Positions 1-11,985 of a stretch of 64,000 nt of DNA are shown here, one piece after another; position 1 is the stretch's first letter, and the number at the start of each line of letters is the position of its first letter. A program made the translations under genes and the position numbers. The DNA is from Rhynchobatus australiae. Its lineage: Eukaryota. The stretch covers positions 15,317,227 through 15,381,226 of the forward strand of contig JAUZTB010000071.1 of the NCBI GenBank assembly GCA_034780895.1, given 5' to 3'. The notes below the pieces were generated by a model. The model worked only from the letters and a program-made list of their open reading frames with translations, was not told the origin of the DNA and ran no database searches.

Positions 1-172
1 CTACCCCAAAGGGTTGTGGAGGCTGGCTCACTTGAAGTATTTAAAGTGGAGGTAGAGAAACTTTAGATTGAAGGCAATGGGAGGAGATGAGGGCTGGGCT
101 AGATCAGTCATGATCATATCGATCATGATCAGCTGGCCTATTCCCGCTCATATTTTTTTGTTGTTCTTGTGT
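1..172 (+). mobile_element. Old CR1-type LINE 3' end fragment
   Basis: Resembles the CR1 3' end (ctacccca..gggttgtggaggct..tatttaaagtggaggtaga..cctattcccgctc..ttcttgtg); heavily diverged. Confidence 0.5.
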
Positions 173-1399
173 ATTCATGTCAGTCTTTTCTCAGAGAGCC
201 ACTCTCCAGCATTATACAAAAAAAATGTTTATTCTAAATTGAAGTAGCACCAGGAATCCATTTTATAGCCAGGCCAATCTCCAACAGAGATCACAATGTC
301 AGATGGAACTGAGCTATAACAAGGAAAGGCCAAGGGTTATAATGAGGCTGAGGCAATCAACTCTACTCTTCACCTCCTGAAAATTAAATTTTAACCAAAT
401 TAAGGAGAAGTCAACAAATATCTGCCTAGGAAATTCATGCTGGAATGGTGCATTGTTCTGCTGCACCTAAATTCCTAAATTTAGAGCAACCAAGGTCCAA
501 AACCTCTATCACAAACCAGCATTTCCAGATGTGATGCCCCAGAGTTGGACTTGGGAGTTCAGCCACAGGATGGATAGGGTTTGTGCCTGGGGGAGTGAGA
601 GGCTTGGATCAGTTACTCACTGCTGTTCATGGCTCTCTTGTACAGCCTTTGTGAGTTGGAGCACTCCTACATTGCTCCAAAAGGATCACTAGTGAAGGAT
701 TGATGCCGTCATGTGTGGTCCTGATGAAGGAAAGGTAACTCAGGAGGAAGTGCTTGATCTGATTTGTTGACCAGTATGAAAGGCTTGCAAACATAATTTA
801 CTCTGGGTTCAATCAAATTTCAACCATGCATCACTCAATCTCCAGTCAAGCATTTTTCTGTGGCAACTAAACCATCTGGAGATTTATTTTTATTAATTAT
901 TTGACAATGCATTGTACAAAACCAGCCTGAATTTATCAGTTTGACGTGGTCAACTTTGAGCAATGCCTAGAATCAATCAGCAAACAGTGAAAGGCATTGA
1001 TAAAGCAGTATCAGATACTCACAGAAGCAAGCGTTGCATTACATTAAGCTGATTCAGAAACAATGCTGTGGAACATGCCAAGTGCTGGATTTTCATATGT
1101 GCCTTCAATGTTCTATACTGCTCCGGGTAGTTCGATTAGTAATCCCCATTGATACAATTTTCTGCACTCAGTGGCCATCTCTATGAGATATTGACTGAAG
1201 CTAAGTTTTAGATGTAATGTTTACCATTGAAAAGGCTTACACCATCCTTTCACAGGTACATGCTCTGTTCTTACGTAATATATAGTTAACTTCAACGATC
1301 TCAGGACCTAATTTGTAAGTGTGAAATGCAATTGTGTTTCCTTTTTACCATGCAAGCGTATTGGCACTTCTGTGTCTAGGTTCAACAATTCCCAACAAG

Positions 1400-1482
1400 G
1401 CTGATATGAGAGTACAAGTTTGTCATTGTACCTGTACCTCACCGTACTTGTGAATATGACAATAAACTCAACTTGACTCTTG
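1400..1482 (+). mobile_element. Rex1/Babar-type LINE 3' tail fragment
   Basis: tcattgtacctgtacctcaccgtacttgtgaatatgacaataaactcaacttgact: tgacaataaa followed by a short-repeat tail, similar to 18600-18681 and 61400-61470. Confidence 0.5.
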
Positions 1483-1837
1483 TATCTACAGGGAAGTGGG
1501 TGTTCGTTTAAAAAAACTTTATTAAACAGCAACTGGACTTCCAAAGNNNNNNNNNNNNNNNNNNNNNNNNNNNNNNNNNNNNNNNNNNNNNNNNNNNNNN
1601 NNNNNNNNNNNNNNNNNNNNNNNNNNNNNNNNNNNNNNNNNNNNNNGTGTGTTCGTTTAAAAAAACTTTATTAAACAGCAACTGGACTTCCAAAGCATTA
1701 TTCTCTTCAAATAGAGTTTGTAGGGATGCCAATAAGGACCACTTGGCAACTCAAACAATCCCGTTCATAAATTCAAAAGTTCCAGTCAGAAGAGTTACCA
1801 GATTTAATTTCATCTGCACTAATTCTTCTGCTATGTT

Positions 1838-1985
1838 TCATTTGGATAAGTACATGGATAGGAGGGGTTTAGAGGGATATGGGCCTAACATGGGCAAATG
1901 GGACTAGCTGGTTGGGCACTATGGTCAGCATGGACAAGTTGGGCCAAAGGGCCTGTTTCCATGCTGTATTATCCGGTGACTCCAG
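1838..1985 (+). mobile_element. CR1 (HER1-like) LINE 3' end
   Basis: Translates as HLDKYMDRRGLEGYGPN.GKWD*, followed by the tail ttgggccaaagggcctgtttccatgctgta typical of elasmobranch CR1 ends. Confidence 0.8.
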
Positions 1986-2234
1986 GAGATCAAAGGTGTT
2001 GCAAATTGAAAACAAAACGCAAATACAATAACAGTACTTATGGACCATTAAGTAAACAACAAGACATCTGGTATAAATTCCACTGTCAGAAGCACAAGTT
2101 TTTAAAAGAGCACCTTTATACCCATTCACTTATTCCCATTTATACTTTATATCCATAACATTAATGGTGGTGTAACACAAAAATCATTCATCCTGAATCA
2201 GGTAAACTCAGAAATCCCTCTGTAATTATCTGGC

Positions 2235-2445
2235 CTATACCTACTGCCCTTTTTGATTGAAGGTACCTCATCTGCTTTCCTCTAGTTGTCTGACACCTCA
2301 CCTGCAGCCGGCAAAGATTTAAAAGTCTCTGTCAGGACCTCCTCACTTGCTTCCCATTGCAGCCGAGAATACATTGCAGAAGGCCCTGGGGATTTGTCCA
2401 TCTTTAAGTCCAGTAAGGCATCTAATGCGCCCAGTATATTTGCAA
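2235..2445 (-). mobile_element. CR1 LINE ORF2 internal fragment
   Basis: Minus-strand translation KMDKSPGPSAMYSRLQWEASEE..ETFKSL.AAGEVSDN matches the CR1 pre-RT motif DKSPGPDGIYPRLL.EA.EEI...GEVPEDW. Confidence 0.75.
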
Positions 2446-3294
2446 ATCCGTGGCCTGCTTCCCGAATCATGCAAAAACCACACAGTAGCGCAGAAGTCAC
2501 ATGAGAAGTGTAATTTTTGCTCTCCATTTTTCCGCTGTGTAAAGGGTTCTTAAAGAACGTTTTCCAGTGCGAACCTGCAGCCTAGACAGTGGTCAGGCAC
2601 CGACTGCAGTCCATCCATGAAGCTACTCTGACTGTGTATCAGGATTTGGACTCAAAATTTTTTAAAAATCTAACATATTTCCTGGTCGGGATAGATTCAT
2701 CAAAATATGTTTTCCACAGAGAAAATTGGTATTTAGAAGTTCTATGAAGAATCTTTACAGGATTACAGCATCTTAACAAAGTAGGCTCAATAAATAAAAG
2801 ATGACTGCTTGCATTTGAGAAACACTAATTTCTTGGGGAATCTTATCGTGCTAAACAGAGTGCTTTGTAAAAATATGCCTCACCTGTAATCAAAAATATA
2901 TTTCTTTTTATGTAGAATTCTATCCCTCATATTCTGAGATATTTTTGATCTTACAATACTGGATATACAGCATCTTAATGCATTAGTTGACATTCAAAAT
3001 GCCTTTTTCCTGTCATTGCTCCCACAAAGGGCTTCATGTCAAGCAAAGACTGTGCACTGAATCATTGCACAGGCTTTAACCCACCAGGGACTGCTGTAAC
3101 TTTAAACAAAAATCATGTCCATATTCAATTTACTTCAGTGTTTTATAGAAGATGTTGCTTGGAGACCCATAAAGCCATGTTTGTGTTTGTACTCATGAGG
3201 TCACTGTAACTTAATAATTCAAGTAAATGAAGCAGTGAGTAAGCATCAGTGAGTGGAAATAAAAGTGATATTACACAAATCGAAAAGAAAAATT

Positions 3295-3500
3295 CCACAG
3301 ATGGTGGAAATCTGAAATAAAAAAGAGAAAATGCTGGAAATGCTTAGGTCAGGCAGCAGCTATGGAGAGAGAAACAGAAAAACAGAGTTAATGCTCAAGG
3401 TCACTGACTTTTCTGACATTTCCAATGAAAACTCATTGACCTGAAATGGGAACTCTCTCCACAAATGCTGCCCAACCTGACTATTTCTGGCATTTTTTGG
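3295..3500. mobile_element. Palindromic Penelope-like terminal repeat remnant
   Basis: aaaatgctggaaat..aggtcaggcagca..tggagagagaaacag is followed by its diverged reverse complement ctctctccacaaatgctgcccaacctga..tttctggcatttt. Same family as 5791, 17858, 18740, 18865, 19754, 55680. Confidence 0.6.
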
Positions 3501-5172
3501 TATGACCTAAATATCCATACTTATTTACAACATGACCGTTTTTTGAGATTATGTACTTTAATACTGCATCTATTAGGTGCATTTTGTGATACAATTAACA
3601 TGTTTTTTAAGTAAATTTTATTCATTGTGTTAGCATATCCCAGAGTGTCTTTAATGCACAGCTGGGATTTGCTCACATGTGTAACACAAACATGGCTTGA
3701 TTGCAAAATCCCTTCTGTGAATTAAAGAAGCTATTCATCAAAAGATACTCTGAATGAAATTCTGTCAGTCATACTCAGAAATGTTAAANNNNNNNNNNNN
3801 NNNNNNNNNGAAGCTAAGATTTCACTTCCATTAAAAACTGAGGCACATCCAGAGAGCAGCATCCTCATAAATGTAATATTGCCATTGTGGATGCTGAAAG
3901 TTAGAGACTGTCTTATTTTTAAAATTCTGTGATTTCTTTTTCTATGTTTGTTTCTTCTGTACCATATGCAGAGCCCTGTCATGGATAAAATGGATAAAAT
4001 TTCGGTAATTTACACTTTTTATTGTCTATAAATAAGAGATGTACATTAAAGATAATCTTTGTATAGCTAATACACAAATCTCTCTTGCTTTAGACGCAAT
4101 TTAATAAGAACCATCTACACTAGATATTTCACTCTTTTGACATTGCTGCCTATTAATTGTGGCAGAATAGTATTTATGTGAGTAACCTTTTAAGCTTGAA
4201 GATTCTGAGAAGCAGATTAACTTTAACATAATAGCCTAAACTATCGGATTGTTTGGAAGGAACGCAACTGTACAACAAGCAGATAAACAAGACTAAATTT
4301 CTGTGGAGTCCTCTTGACTCATTTCTCAATGCTTTCTACAGAGCTCCTCACAATGGAGATGTGCAGAAGTCCTGTCAAAGTTCAATTCTGTAAGTTCTAA
4401 CAGTATCAGGAATAATAAGTAAACCAATTATCATTGGCCAGGATAACAATGCTCATCAAATAAAATATTGTGCATGCCTTATACTTTAACTGCTTTGCTT
4501 TTGAGATTTCCTTAGCATTGAAGATTAATATTATAAAGGTCATTAGAACTGTCTGTCCTTGATGAAAAAAGCTAAAAGTTCTACAGTTATTACCTATGAA
4601 TCAAAGACTCATTCAAAAACTATTCAAAGGAACTGTAAGAATATTGAACACTTTACAATTTTAGAGCTAGTTATGTTTCATGCACACCAGACTTTATACG
4701 ACTAACAACTTTCTTCTGCTATGCTGTGATGATTAGAACAGTGTGACAGAATGGAAGGTAGAATATGGCAGGCATCCCACCAGGTCTCCAGTGTTTTCTA
4801 CTGCAGAGTAATGGGCAATTGTTAGAGTTGAGCATCATTTCCTATCTGCAGTATGGTGATTACGCCTTTCAGTTTACAGGACACTGTCATACTTGTGGAT
4901 TCTGTCTGAACATTAGTTTAAATTACTGGCAGAGGGCCAAAATCATGGCATTTGCTGTAAACCAATTTCATAATAAATGAATCCACTCATGACTGCATAT
5001 TAAAGTTCTCCAGCCAGCATCTAATTCAGCAAGAACTGTATTTCATTTATGATTAACCAGAAGCATTTTATTTTGCATTGAAAGTACAGACAATCAACTG
5101 GTCAGTTTAAACTGCAGTGAGATATCCACAAATAGTTGCCCAGAAATTTTAATACATTAGTTGGGTGCATTA

Positions 5173-5546
5173 AGTCATAGAATCCTCGAGAGATACAGCA
5201 CCATCACAGACCTTCAGCCCATCAAGTCTGCACCAACCATCAACCAGCATTTTACACTAATCCTACATTAATCCCATTTTATTTTCTCCCTAAATTTTCA
5301 TCCGCTCCCCTCCCCTCCAGATTCTACTACTCACCTACTCTCTAGGGGCAATTTACAATCGCCAGTTAATCTACTAACCTGTATGTCTTTGGGTTGTGAG
5401 AGGAAACCGGAGCACATGGAAGAAAACCACATAGTCACAGTCACAGAACTTGCAAACTCTACACAGGCAGCACCCGAGGGCTGGATTGAACCCGGGTCTC
5501 CTGAGCTGTGAGGTAGCATCTCTACCAGCTGCGCCACTGTGCCACC
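5173..5546 (-). mobile_element. tRNA-derived V-SINE (HE1-like, older subfamily, CR1-type tail)
   Basis: Reverse complement shows a tRNA head with B-box (cgggttcaatcc), a V-core (ttttcttccatgtgctccggtttcctctcaca..ccaaagac) and a CR1-like tail. Confidence 0.8.
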
Positions 5547-5790
5547 ATTAGTCTGCTGTTGCAATAGGGCATCCACATTCACCTTCGTTGATGGGCCCCT
5601 CACCAAAAATGTCATTGGGTTGTTCAAGACAAAGGCAAGATTTTGGGGGGTATGGGGGAAGGACGGGACAACAGCTGTAGGCCCGATAGGACCTTTGCCA
5701 TTATTGGATGGCAATGGTTGAGGTTCGTGTTTGGAATGGGGAGAGATTCTTAAAAGGTGGGTGCAATGGTTCAGGAAGGAGTCCAGAGCA

Positions 5791-5915
5791 ATACATAAAA
5801 TGTGCTGGAGGAACTCAGCAGGTCAGGCAGCATCCATGGAGGGAAATAAACAGTTGATGTTTTGGGCCGAGACCCTTCATCAGGACTTGAAAGGAAGAGA
5901 GCAGAAGTCAGAATT
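5791..5915 (-). mobile_element. Penelope-like terminal repeat with decayed minimal hammerhead motif
   Basis: Reverse complement of 5851-5887 reads agtcCTGATGAagggtctcggcccAAAAcatcaactg, then tttatttccctccatggatgctgcctgacctgctgagttcctccagca. Confidence 0.65.
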
Positions 5916-6671
5916 GCTTGAATTGCCTGATGCTGGAAAGAATAGCATTGTGCGATTGAAATTCTGGACAAGCAAATTTTAACATCACTCAAAGGCCAGA
6001 TGGCCAGATTGTAAAGCACATCACATGAATTGGCCAAGACAATGTTTAATGCTCTCCTGTGGCTGGAGTGTGATGATTTATTGGTGGAATATAGGGAGGT
6101 GGGGGGCAGAAGGTTGAAAGGTAAACACAGAACATCACACCCCACCCCTCCTCATTTGCCAGGAGGTTTCAGGAAACTGAAAACAAGTGAACCAGGTAAC
6201 AGGCCATTGATTTTTGCGTCAGCTAAACTTCAGCCTTTCTGGAGCGATGAATTAATAATTTCCAATGTCATTATCGGCTGTGCATCAACCACGGGCAATC
6301 CTATTTCAGAGTTCCAATACAACAGTTGTTTCATCTGTTCAGCATAAAGTTCAATATATCACCTAAAATCATAGCAATGAATCGATTGTAATGCTGATGT
6401 TGATCTTTTGAACTTTGATCATAAGCAAATTTCAACTATTTACAATTAGAAAAAAGGTCAAAGAAAAAAAGTTGTTTTAACAAGTTGGAAATCCATGTAC
6501 AGTTATCAAATTTAAAAAATTGCAAGAATTCCCTGGCTTAGTTTGACTCCATGGAAGTGAGTGTGAACCTTATGGAAACACATCCCTTTATCAATGCCCT
6601 TAAATGATGACATAGAAGGGGCAAAATGGCCTCATCCCTTGTCAATGCAACCACAACCAATTATGTCCAAG

Positions 6672-6907
6672 TGTTACGGACTAGGTTACAATTAGTGAGG
6701 TTCCTTTAAGATAGTGTGTGTGTGGTGTGCTTACGTCAACAGAAGGTAAAGAACGTCATGACGTTGTTGTTGAAACAACCAGTGGGAGTCAGTCTGAAGG
6801 AGAGAGAGAGAGAGAGAGACCAGCCTGCTGGTTTTCTCTGTCGATGGATGAGAAACAATAACTGTGACTGTCACTGCAATCCACGTATGGATTGTTGAGA
6901 GTAATCC
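6672..6907 (+). mobile_element. Possible LTR (Gypsy-like) 5' part, cut by the gap
   Basis: Starts abruptly with TGTTAC; CpG-richer than its flanks; contains (tg)n and (ga)n runs; ends at an N gap. No internal genes visible. Confidence 0.4.
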
Positions 6908-7339
6908 NNNNNNNNNNNNNNNNNNNNNNNNNNNNNNNNNNNNNNNNNNNNNNNNNNNNNNNNNNNNNNNNNNNNNNNNNNNNNNNNNNNNNNNNNNNNN
7001 NNNNNNNNNNNNNNNNNNNNNNNNNNNNNNNNNNNNNNNNNNNNNNNNNNNNNNNNNNNNNNNNNNNNNNNNNNNNNNNNNNNNNNNNNNNNNNNNNNNN
7101 NNNNNNNNNNNNNNNNNNNNNNNNNNNNNNNNNNNNNNNNNNNNNNNNNNNNNNNNNNNNNNNNNNNNNNNNNNNNNNNNNNNNNNNNNNNNNNNNNNNN
7201 NNNNNNNNNNNNNNNNNNNNNNNNNNNNNNNNNNNNNNNNNNNNNNNNNNNNNNNNNNNNNNNNNNNNNNNNNNNNNNNNNNNNNNNNNNNNNNNNNNNN
7301 NNNNNNNNNNNNNNNNNNNNNNNNNNNNNNNNNNNNNNN

Positions 7340-7608
7340 GGAGAATGTGTAAAGGAGATATGTGAGGGAAGTTTTTTTGACATGGAGAGTGGTACGTGCC
7401 TGGAATGCACTGCCAGAGGAGGCAGTAGAAGCAAATATGATAGCAAAGTTTAAGAGGCATTTGGACAGACACGTGAACAAGCAGGGAAGAAAGGGATACA
7501 GACCGTATGCAAACGGATGGGATTAGATAGATTGGCATTATGTTCAGCACAGACATGATGGACAAAGGGTCTGCTTCTGTGCTGTACTGTTCTATGATCT
7601 GTTCTATA
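7340..7608 (+). mobile_element. CR1 LINE 3' end
   Basis: gggaagtttttt..gagagtggta.gtgcctggaatgcactgccagaggag..tttaagaggcatttggacagacac.. ends in gtgctgtactgttctatg. Confidence 0.8.
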
Positions 7609-8704
7609 TTCCATGTAAGATATACTTATGCAAATATTGAAAAAGACTAGGCATTAGCTCAATTATAGTAATAATGTTTCTGGAATATTGCAGAAGTAGA
7701 TTGGTTGCCATGTTCACCTGAATAACAAATGTTTTTACAAAAGTAATTCACTGAGGCCATGCTCTTGAGATGTTTCAATGAATTAGAGGTACATAAGGAA
7801 AGAACCTTCATATATCTCACTTGCAATATACAACATTAACAGGATTCTACTCAGCCATTCTCACCACTGCCTTGTAATGATTCTAAACAAATAGTTTACA
7901 TTCACTCCTGAATTAGAAATCCAGTTAATTACTTGTTGAACTCAATGGTTTCTGCTTCCCTTTAGTTCTTGACAATTTATTACATCAATTTACAACCAAA
8001 TGTGAGAGGAATTTGTTCCTAAAGTTCAATATGTCTTTGTTTAGTTTGTATTCAATCAAGTTCATCTGTTTCTGCCGAATTAGAAAATAAATCTGTTCTT
8101 GTAACTGAACATTTCTTCTCAGAATACCAGATTCAGCAAAGACATATTCTTATAATTATTTAAAAAGAGTGACTATCAATGATTCAGATATTATAAATAT
8201 GTTTTTAATCTTCATTTTAGATGGTCAATTTCCCCAATCACATGTTCCAGTTCTCCTCAGCTTTTGCACTTGACAGTGAGACTGTGGTAATAGTTACAGC
8301 CACAATAATACAATCAGAACTGGAGATAAAAGTTTAGCCAGTACTCAAGACCCGTCTAACAGACGTTAAACTGATGTGACGTAAGTACTGATGTGGGTCT
8401 AAATAAAATATATTGGAAAGGAGAAAGTTCTTTTAGATGATGTTAATTTATCAATAAATATCATCTCTAAGTGATTATGAATTTGAGCCATATATATAAA
8501 TCAGTCCTTTCTAAATATACGTAAAGAAATATAATAAATATTTCATTAGAATCTGTGAAGGAACCTATCAATTTTATATGTTTTCCACGCAGAATGGGCC
8601 CTCGTAAGTGAAACATGTCCCCTCATATAACCTTATGCATTGAATGTTTGCCAGACAGTGGCACATCCTGAGATCATATTACAGGACCTTTCCTGTATTA
8701 TTAG

Positions 8705-9218
8705 AGTCAGTCACACAGCACTGAAACGGGCGCACCAGTCAGCCAACCATTCAGAACTTCCCACACTTATCCTGCTCTGATTCTCCCCCCAGTCTCATCA
8801 ACTCCACCCAAATTCTACCCCTCACCTACACACTAAGGGCAATTTCCTTTTTTGATCTTTTTATTATTAATTTTCAAATTAATACAGATTAATACATATA
8901 AAATTGATAATTGTACACATAATACAAAGAGACTGAGAGGACAATCATGACATATATAGTCATAAAGAATAAAATATATATTCTAGGCCCCACGGTCTCT
9001 TGTTAAATGAATATATTACAAAAAAAGATCAAAAGGAGAAAGAAAAAGATTTCCAGTGGCAACTTCCAGTGGCCAATTAACCTACCAGCCCGCATGTCTT
9101 TGGGATGGGGAGGAGCACCTGAAGGAAACCCATGTGGTCATAGAGAGAGCATGCAAACTCCACACAGACAGCACCGGAGGTCGGGGATTAACCCAGGTCA
9201 CAGAAGCTGTGAGGAGGC
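8705..9218 (-). mobile_element. Older V-SINE interrupted by a ~210 bp insertion
   Basis: The SINE motif ctcacctacacact.aggggcaattt.cagtggccaattaacctacc is split at 8847/9058 by an AT-rich insert; the V-core and tRNA head continue to ~9218. Confidence 0.75.
8848..9057 (-). mobile_element. Truncated retroposon 3' end (L1-like), nested in a SINE
   Basis: T-rich left end with tttatt (AATAAA plus an A-rich tail on the minus strand); flanked by the near-duplicate ggcaatttcc (8838-8847) / ggcaacttcc (9058-9067), a probable target-site duplication. Confidence 0.55.
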
Positions 9219-9381
9219 ATGTCAGGGTTTGAAAAGAGGGGGCTGTTGATCATTCGTGAGGATCTTCCAAAATGGCTGCAATTTTAGAATGGCCTTAATA
9301 GGCAGCGGATGGAGCCGTACTGTTTATGAATGCAGAGAGAGAGCGGGGTAGCGAGCAATTAACTACTTCGCAGTTAACTAG

Positions 9382-9848
9382 TCAGGTCAAGTTATACTTT
9401 ATTGTCATTCGCCCATATGCTATAAAAACACACAGAGGGATGAAATGTCCTTTCCCCCAGACTGGCACAGCAGAGGACACACATAGAACAGGGGACAGAC
9501 AATAAACACAGACAGAAAAATTTTGCATGTACAAATAGTTCAAAACACAGTATATACAGAATACAAAATTAGTGCAGGGTTAGTGCAAAACCCGAGTTGG
9601 ATGGAGAAAATACAGAACTCAGTGTGTTGCACTAAACGTATAAACATGTTCAGCAGCAGCCGAAGTTCTTGTACACCGTTGTGCAAACCAGGGCTTCTGA
9701 CGCCGCATTTGTCTGAACCTGCCCGCAGGGCATTCCGGAGCCTGACAGCCTGAGGGGGGAAAGCTGTTGTACAGTCTAGTAGTTCTGGCCCGGATGCTCT
9801 GGTACCGCTTGCCAGACAGGTTGTGGGAGGAATGAGAAAGGTCATCTA
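9382..9848 (-). mobile_element. Rex1/Babar LINE 3' fragment
   Basis: Minus-strand frames give LSGKRYQSIRARTTRLYNSF and FPPQAVRLRN, matching the Rex1 ORF C-terminus (LPSG.RYRS...RTTRL.NSFFPQAVRLLN). The tail reads atgacaataaag..aacttgacctgac. Confidence 0.8.
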
Positions 9849-9851
9849 TGC

Positions 9852-9981
9852 GGCACGGTAGCGTGGCGGTTAGCGCGACGCTGTTACAGCACCAGTGATT
9901 GGGGTTCAATTCCCACCGCTGTCTGTAAGGAGTTTGTACGTTCTCCCCATGTCTGCGTGGGTTTCCTCCGGGTGCTCCGGT
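9852..9981 (+). mobile_element. Young V-SINE, 5' part (rest in gap)
   Basis: A-box-like tagcgtggcgg, B-box ggttcaattcc and V-core gttctccccatgtctgcgtgggtttcctccgggtgctccgg; CpGs are intact. Confidence 0.85.
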
Positions 9982-11545
9982 NNNNNNNNNNNNNNNNNNN
10001 NNNNNNNNNNNNNNNNNNNNNNNNNNNNNNNNNNNNNNNNNNNNNNNNNNNNNNNNNNNNNNNNNNNNNNNNNNNNNNNNNCCTACTGTTTGCAAACTGT
10101 ATTGGCTTCTCCCAAATTGATTAAAATGGTGGATTCAGAGCATGGATCTGACACTAACACTACAGTCAGATTTAAGCATGCTAATAATAAAATTCTTCAA
10201 TATTTTTACACTGAAACCATACCTTACAATCATTCCCTTTCTCATGCTTATCCTAGGTAATGCTCATTCTTCAGTAAGGCTGGAAGGCATTGGAATAAAT
10301 CCACAAACATCACACTTTCATTGGTCAGTAATAAACTGTAATTTGCTCCTATCATTGCAATATGCTACTAATCTCTATCTACTTTTCTGCTTACTTCTAC
10401 ATCATGAATGTCATCCAAAACTCCATACTCAGGTGGGAAGATTTCATCTACTTCTTCAGCTCACAGGACCAGACAGAGCAGGCATTTGGCAAGCTTCCCC
10501 AAAATATGGGCATTCAAACACACCCTTAGCAACCTCCTGTTAGAAGCACCTGGCTGCAGCTCTGGAGGGTATGTGAATTGCACAAGCATAAAGAATATGT
10601 TCTTTATCACCCTGTCCAGATCCCTCTGACCCCTGGAGGCAACGTCCCACCTCCCTCCCACCATTACAGCATTCATTCATTCAATTGCAACACTTCCTTG
10701 CAGCAGGAAGTATGTTGCTTGTATTACGGCGTGTCCCTTTATAAACTGGCTGTAAAGATCATGCCTGCTGTGTCACATGCACAGAACTGTAGGAATCTAC
10801 AATGCATCGATAGGCTAATGCCACACTGAAACCAGTTTCAGCATTACGTTATGCAGGGAAACCCAACAATGCTTTTTTTCTGAGATTCACAATTGAAGTT
10901 CTTGCTCCTTACACAACTTTTGAAAACAATGTTAGGGTGACCTATAACACTGCTCTAATGCCAAAAAGTAGCACAGCAATTTCTAGACCAGACTGTGCAC
11001 TGAAAACACTGTCATGGGTTGGTGGAAGGATTCCACTGAGCTCACTGCAAATGCTCGAGTAATCAAAGTCAAATTACTCAGGAAGTAGAGTCCATTTAGT
11101 CAGCGGAGATACAATAACTTCTATTGTGCTTGTCGGCTGTCTGGATGCTATCACTGATTCGGTGAGCAATGTTAGGAATGTGCATGGTATTTGTCATCAG
11201 GAATTACAACTGCAAACACTTTCTAAAATGAGCAAATATTCTAATTATAAACCTTCTAAAAGATACTCCTCCTGACAGACAAAACTCTCCAGTATTGCAA
11301 TTTAGGCTGAGCCTCTGAAGGCTTGTTTTCATTCTCCTTCAGGTTGAACTGGCGACCAGTGGCCTCCAGAGGGCATCATCCAGGCCATCAAAAGAACAGG
11401 TTGGAATTGCATCTTAAAGTGGTGGAATCAGAGAGGGAAGATTGCTTCTTAATTTTAAGAATTACCATTTTTCTGGAGGTTTGGATTGACCTCTTTGATT
11501 AGCTTCTAAAGCTTCCTCACTTTTAGCTGACAGTGTACTACATTG

Positions 11546-11985
11546 GGGCAGCACAATGATGCAGAGAGTAGAGCTGCAGTGAGCCCTGATTCCTGGTGNN
11601 NNNNNNNNNNNNNNNNNNNNNNNNNNNNNNNNNNNNNNNNNNNNNNNNNNNNNNNNNNNNNNNNNNNNNNNNNNNNNNNNNNNNNNNNNNNNNNNNNNTC
11701 AACATTCCTAACCTCTGAATGTTGCATGTTCTCCTTGTAACCAGTGGTCATCCTTTGGATAGTCCTGATTATTCTCACTTGCCAAAGGTGTACAGGGTGA
11801 TAGGTTACTTAGCCACTCATAATTGCGTCCCTTGTGTATAGATGGGTAGTAATCTCTGGGGAGTTGACAGGAAAGTGAGGAGAATAAAATGGGATTAGTG
11901 TAGGATTAGTGTTAATGGGTGTTTGATGGTAGGCACAAACCCAATGGGTCAAAGAGCCTGTTTCAGCACTGTATGAATCTATGAC
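11546..11985 (+). mobile_element. Older V-SINE with CR1-type tail (spans a gap)
   Basis: Head ggggcagcacaatgatgcag, core ttgcatgttctcc, tail gggtcaaagagcctgtttcagcactgtatgaatctatga. Confidence 0.7.

Noticed and set aside
716-735. gtcctgatgaagg resembling a hammerhead 5' core
   Set aside because: No stem II or correctly placed GAAA/NUH follows.
1500-1695. 47-bp direct repeat flanking a 100-N gap (similar cases at 17528/17645, 49069/49199, 59100/59220)
   Set aside because: Identical sequence immediately on both sides of fixed-length gaps is a contig-overlap scaffolding artefact, not a CRISPR array or a biological repeat.
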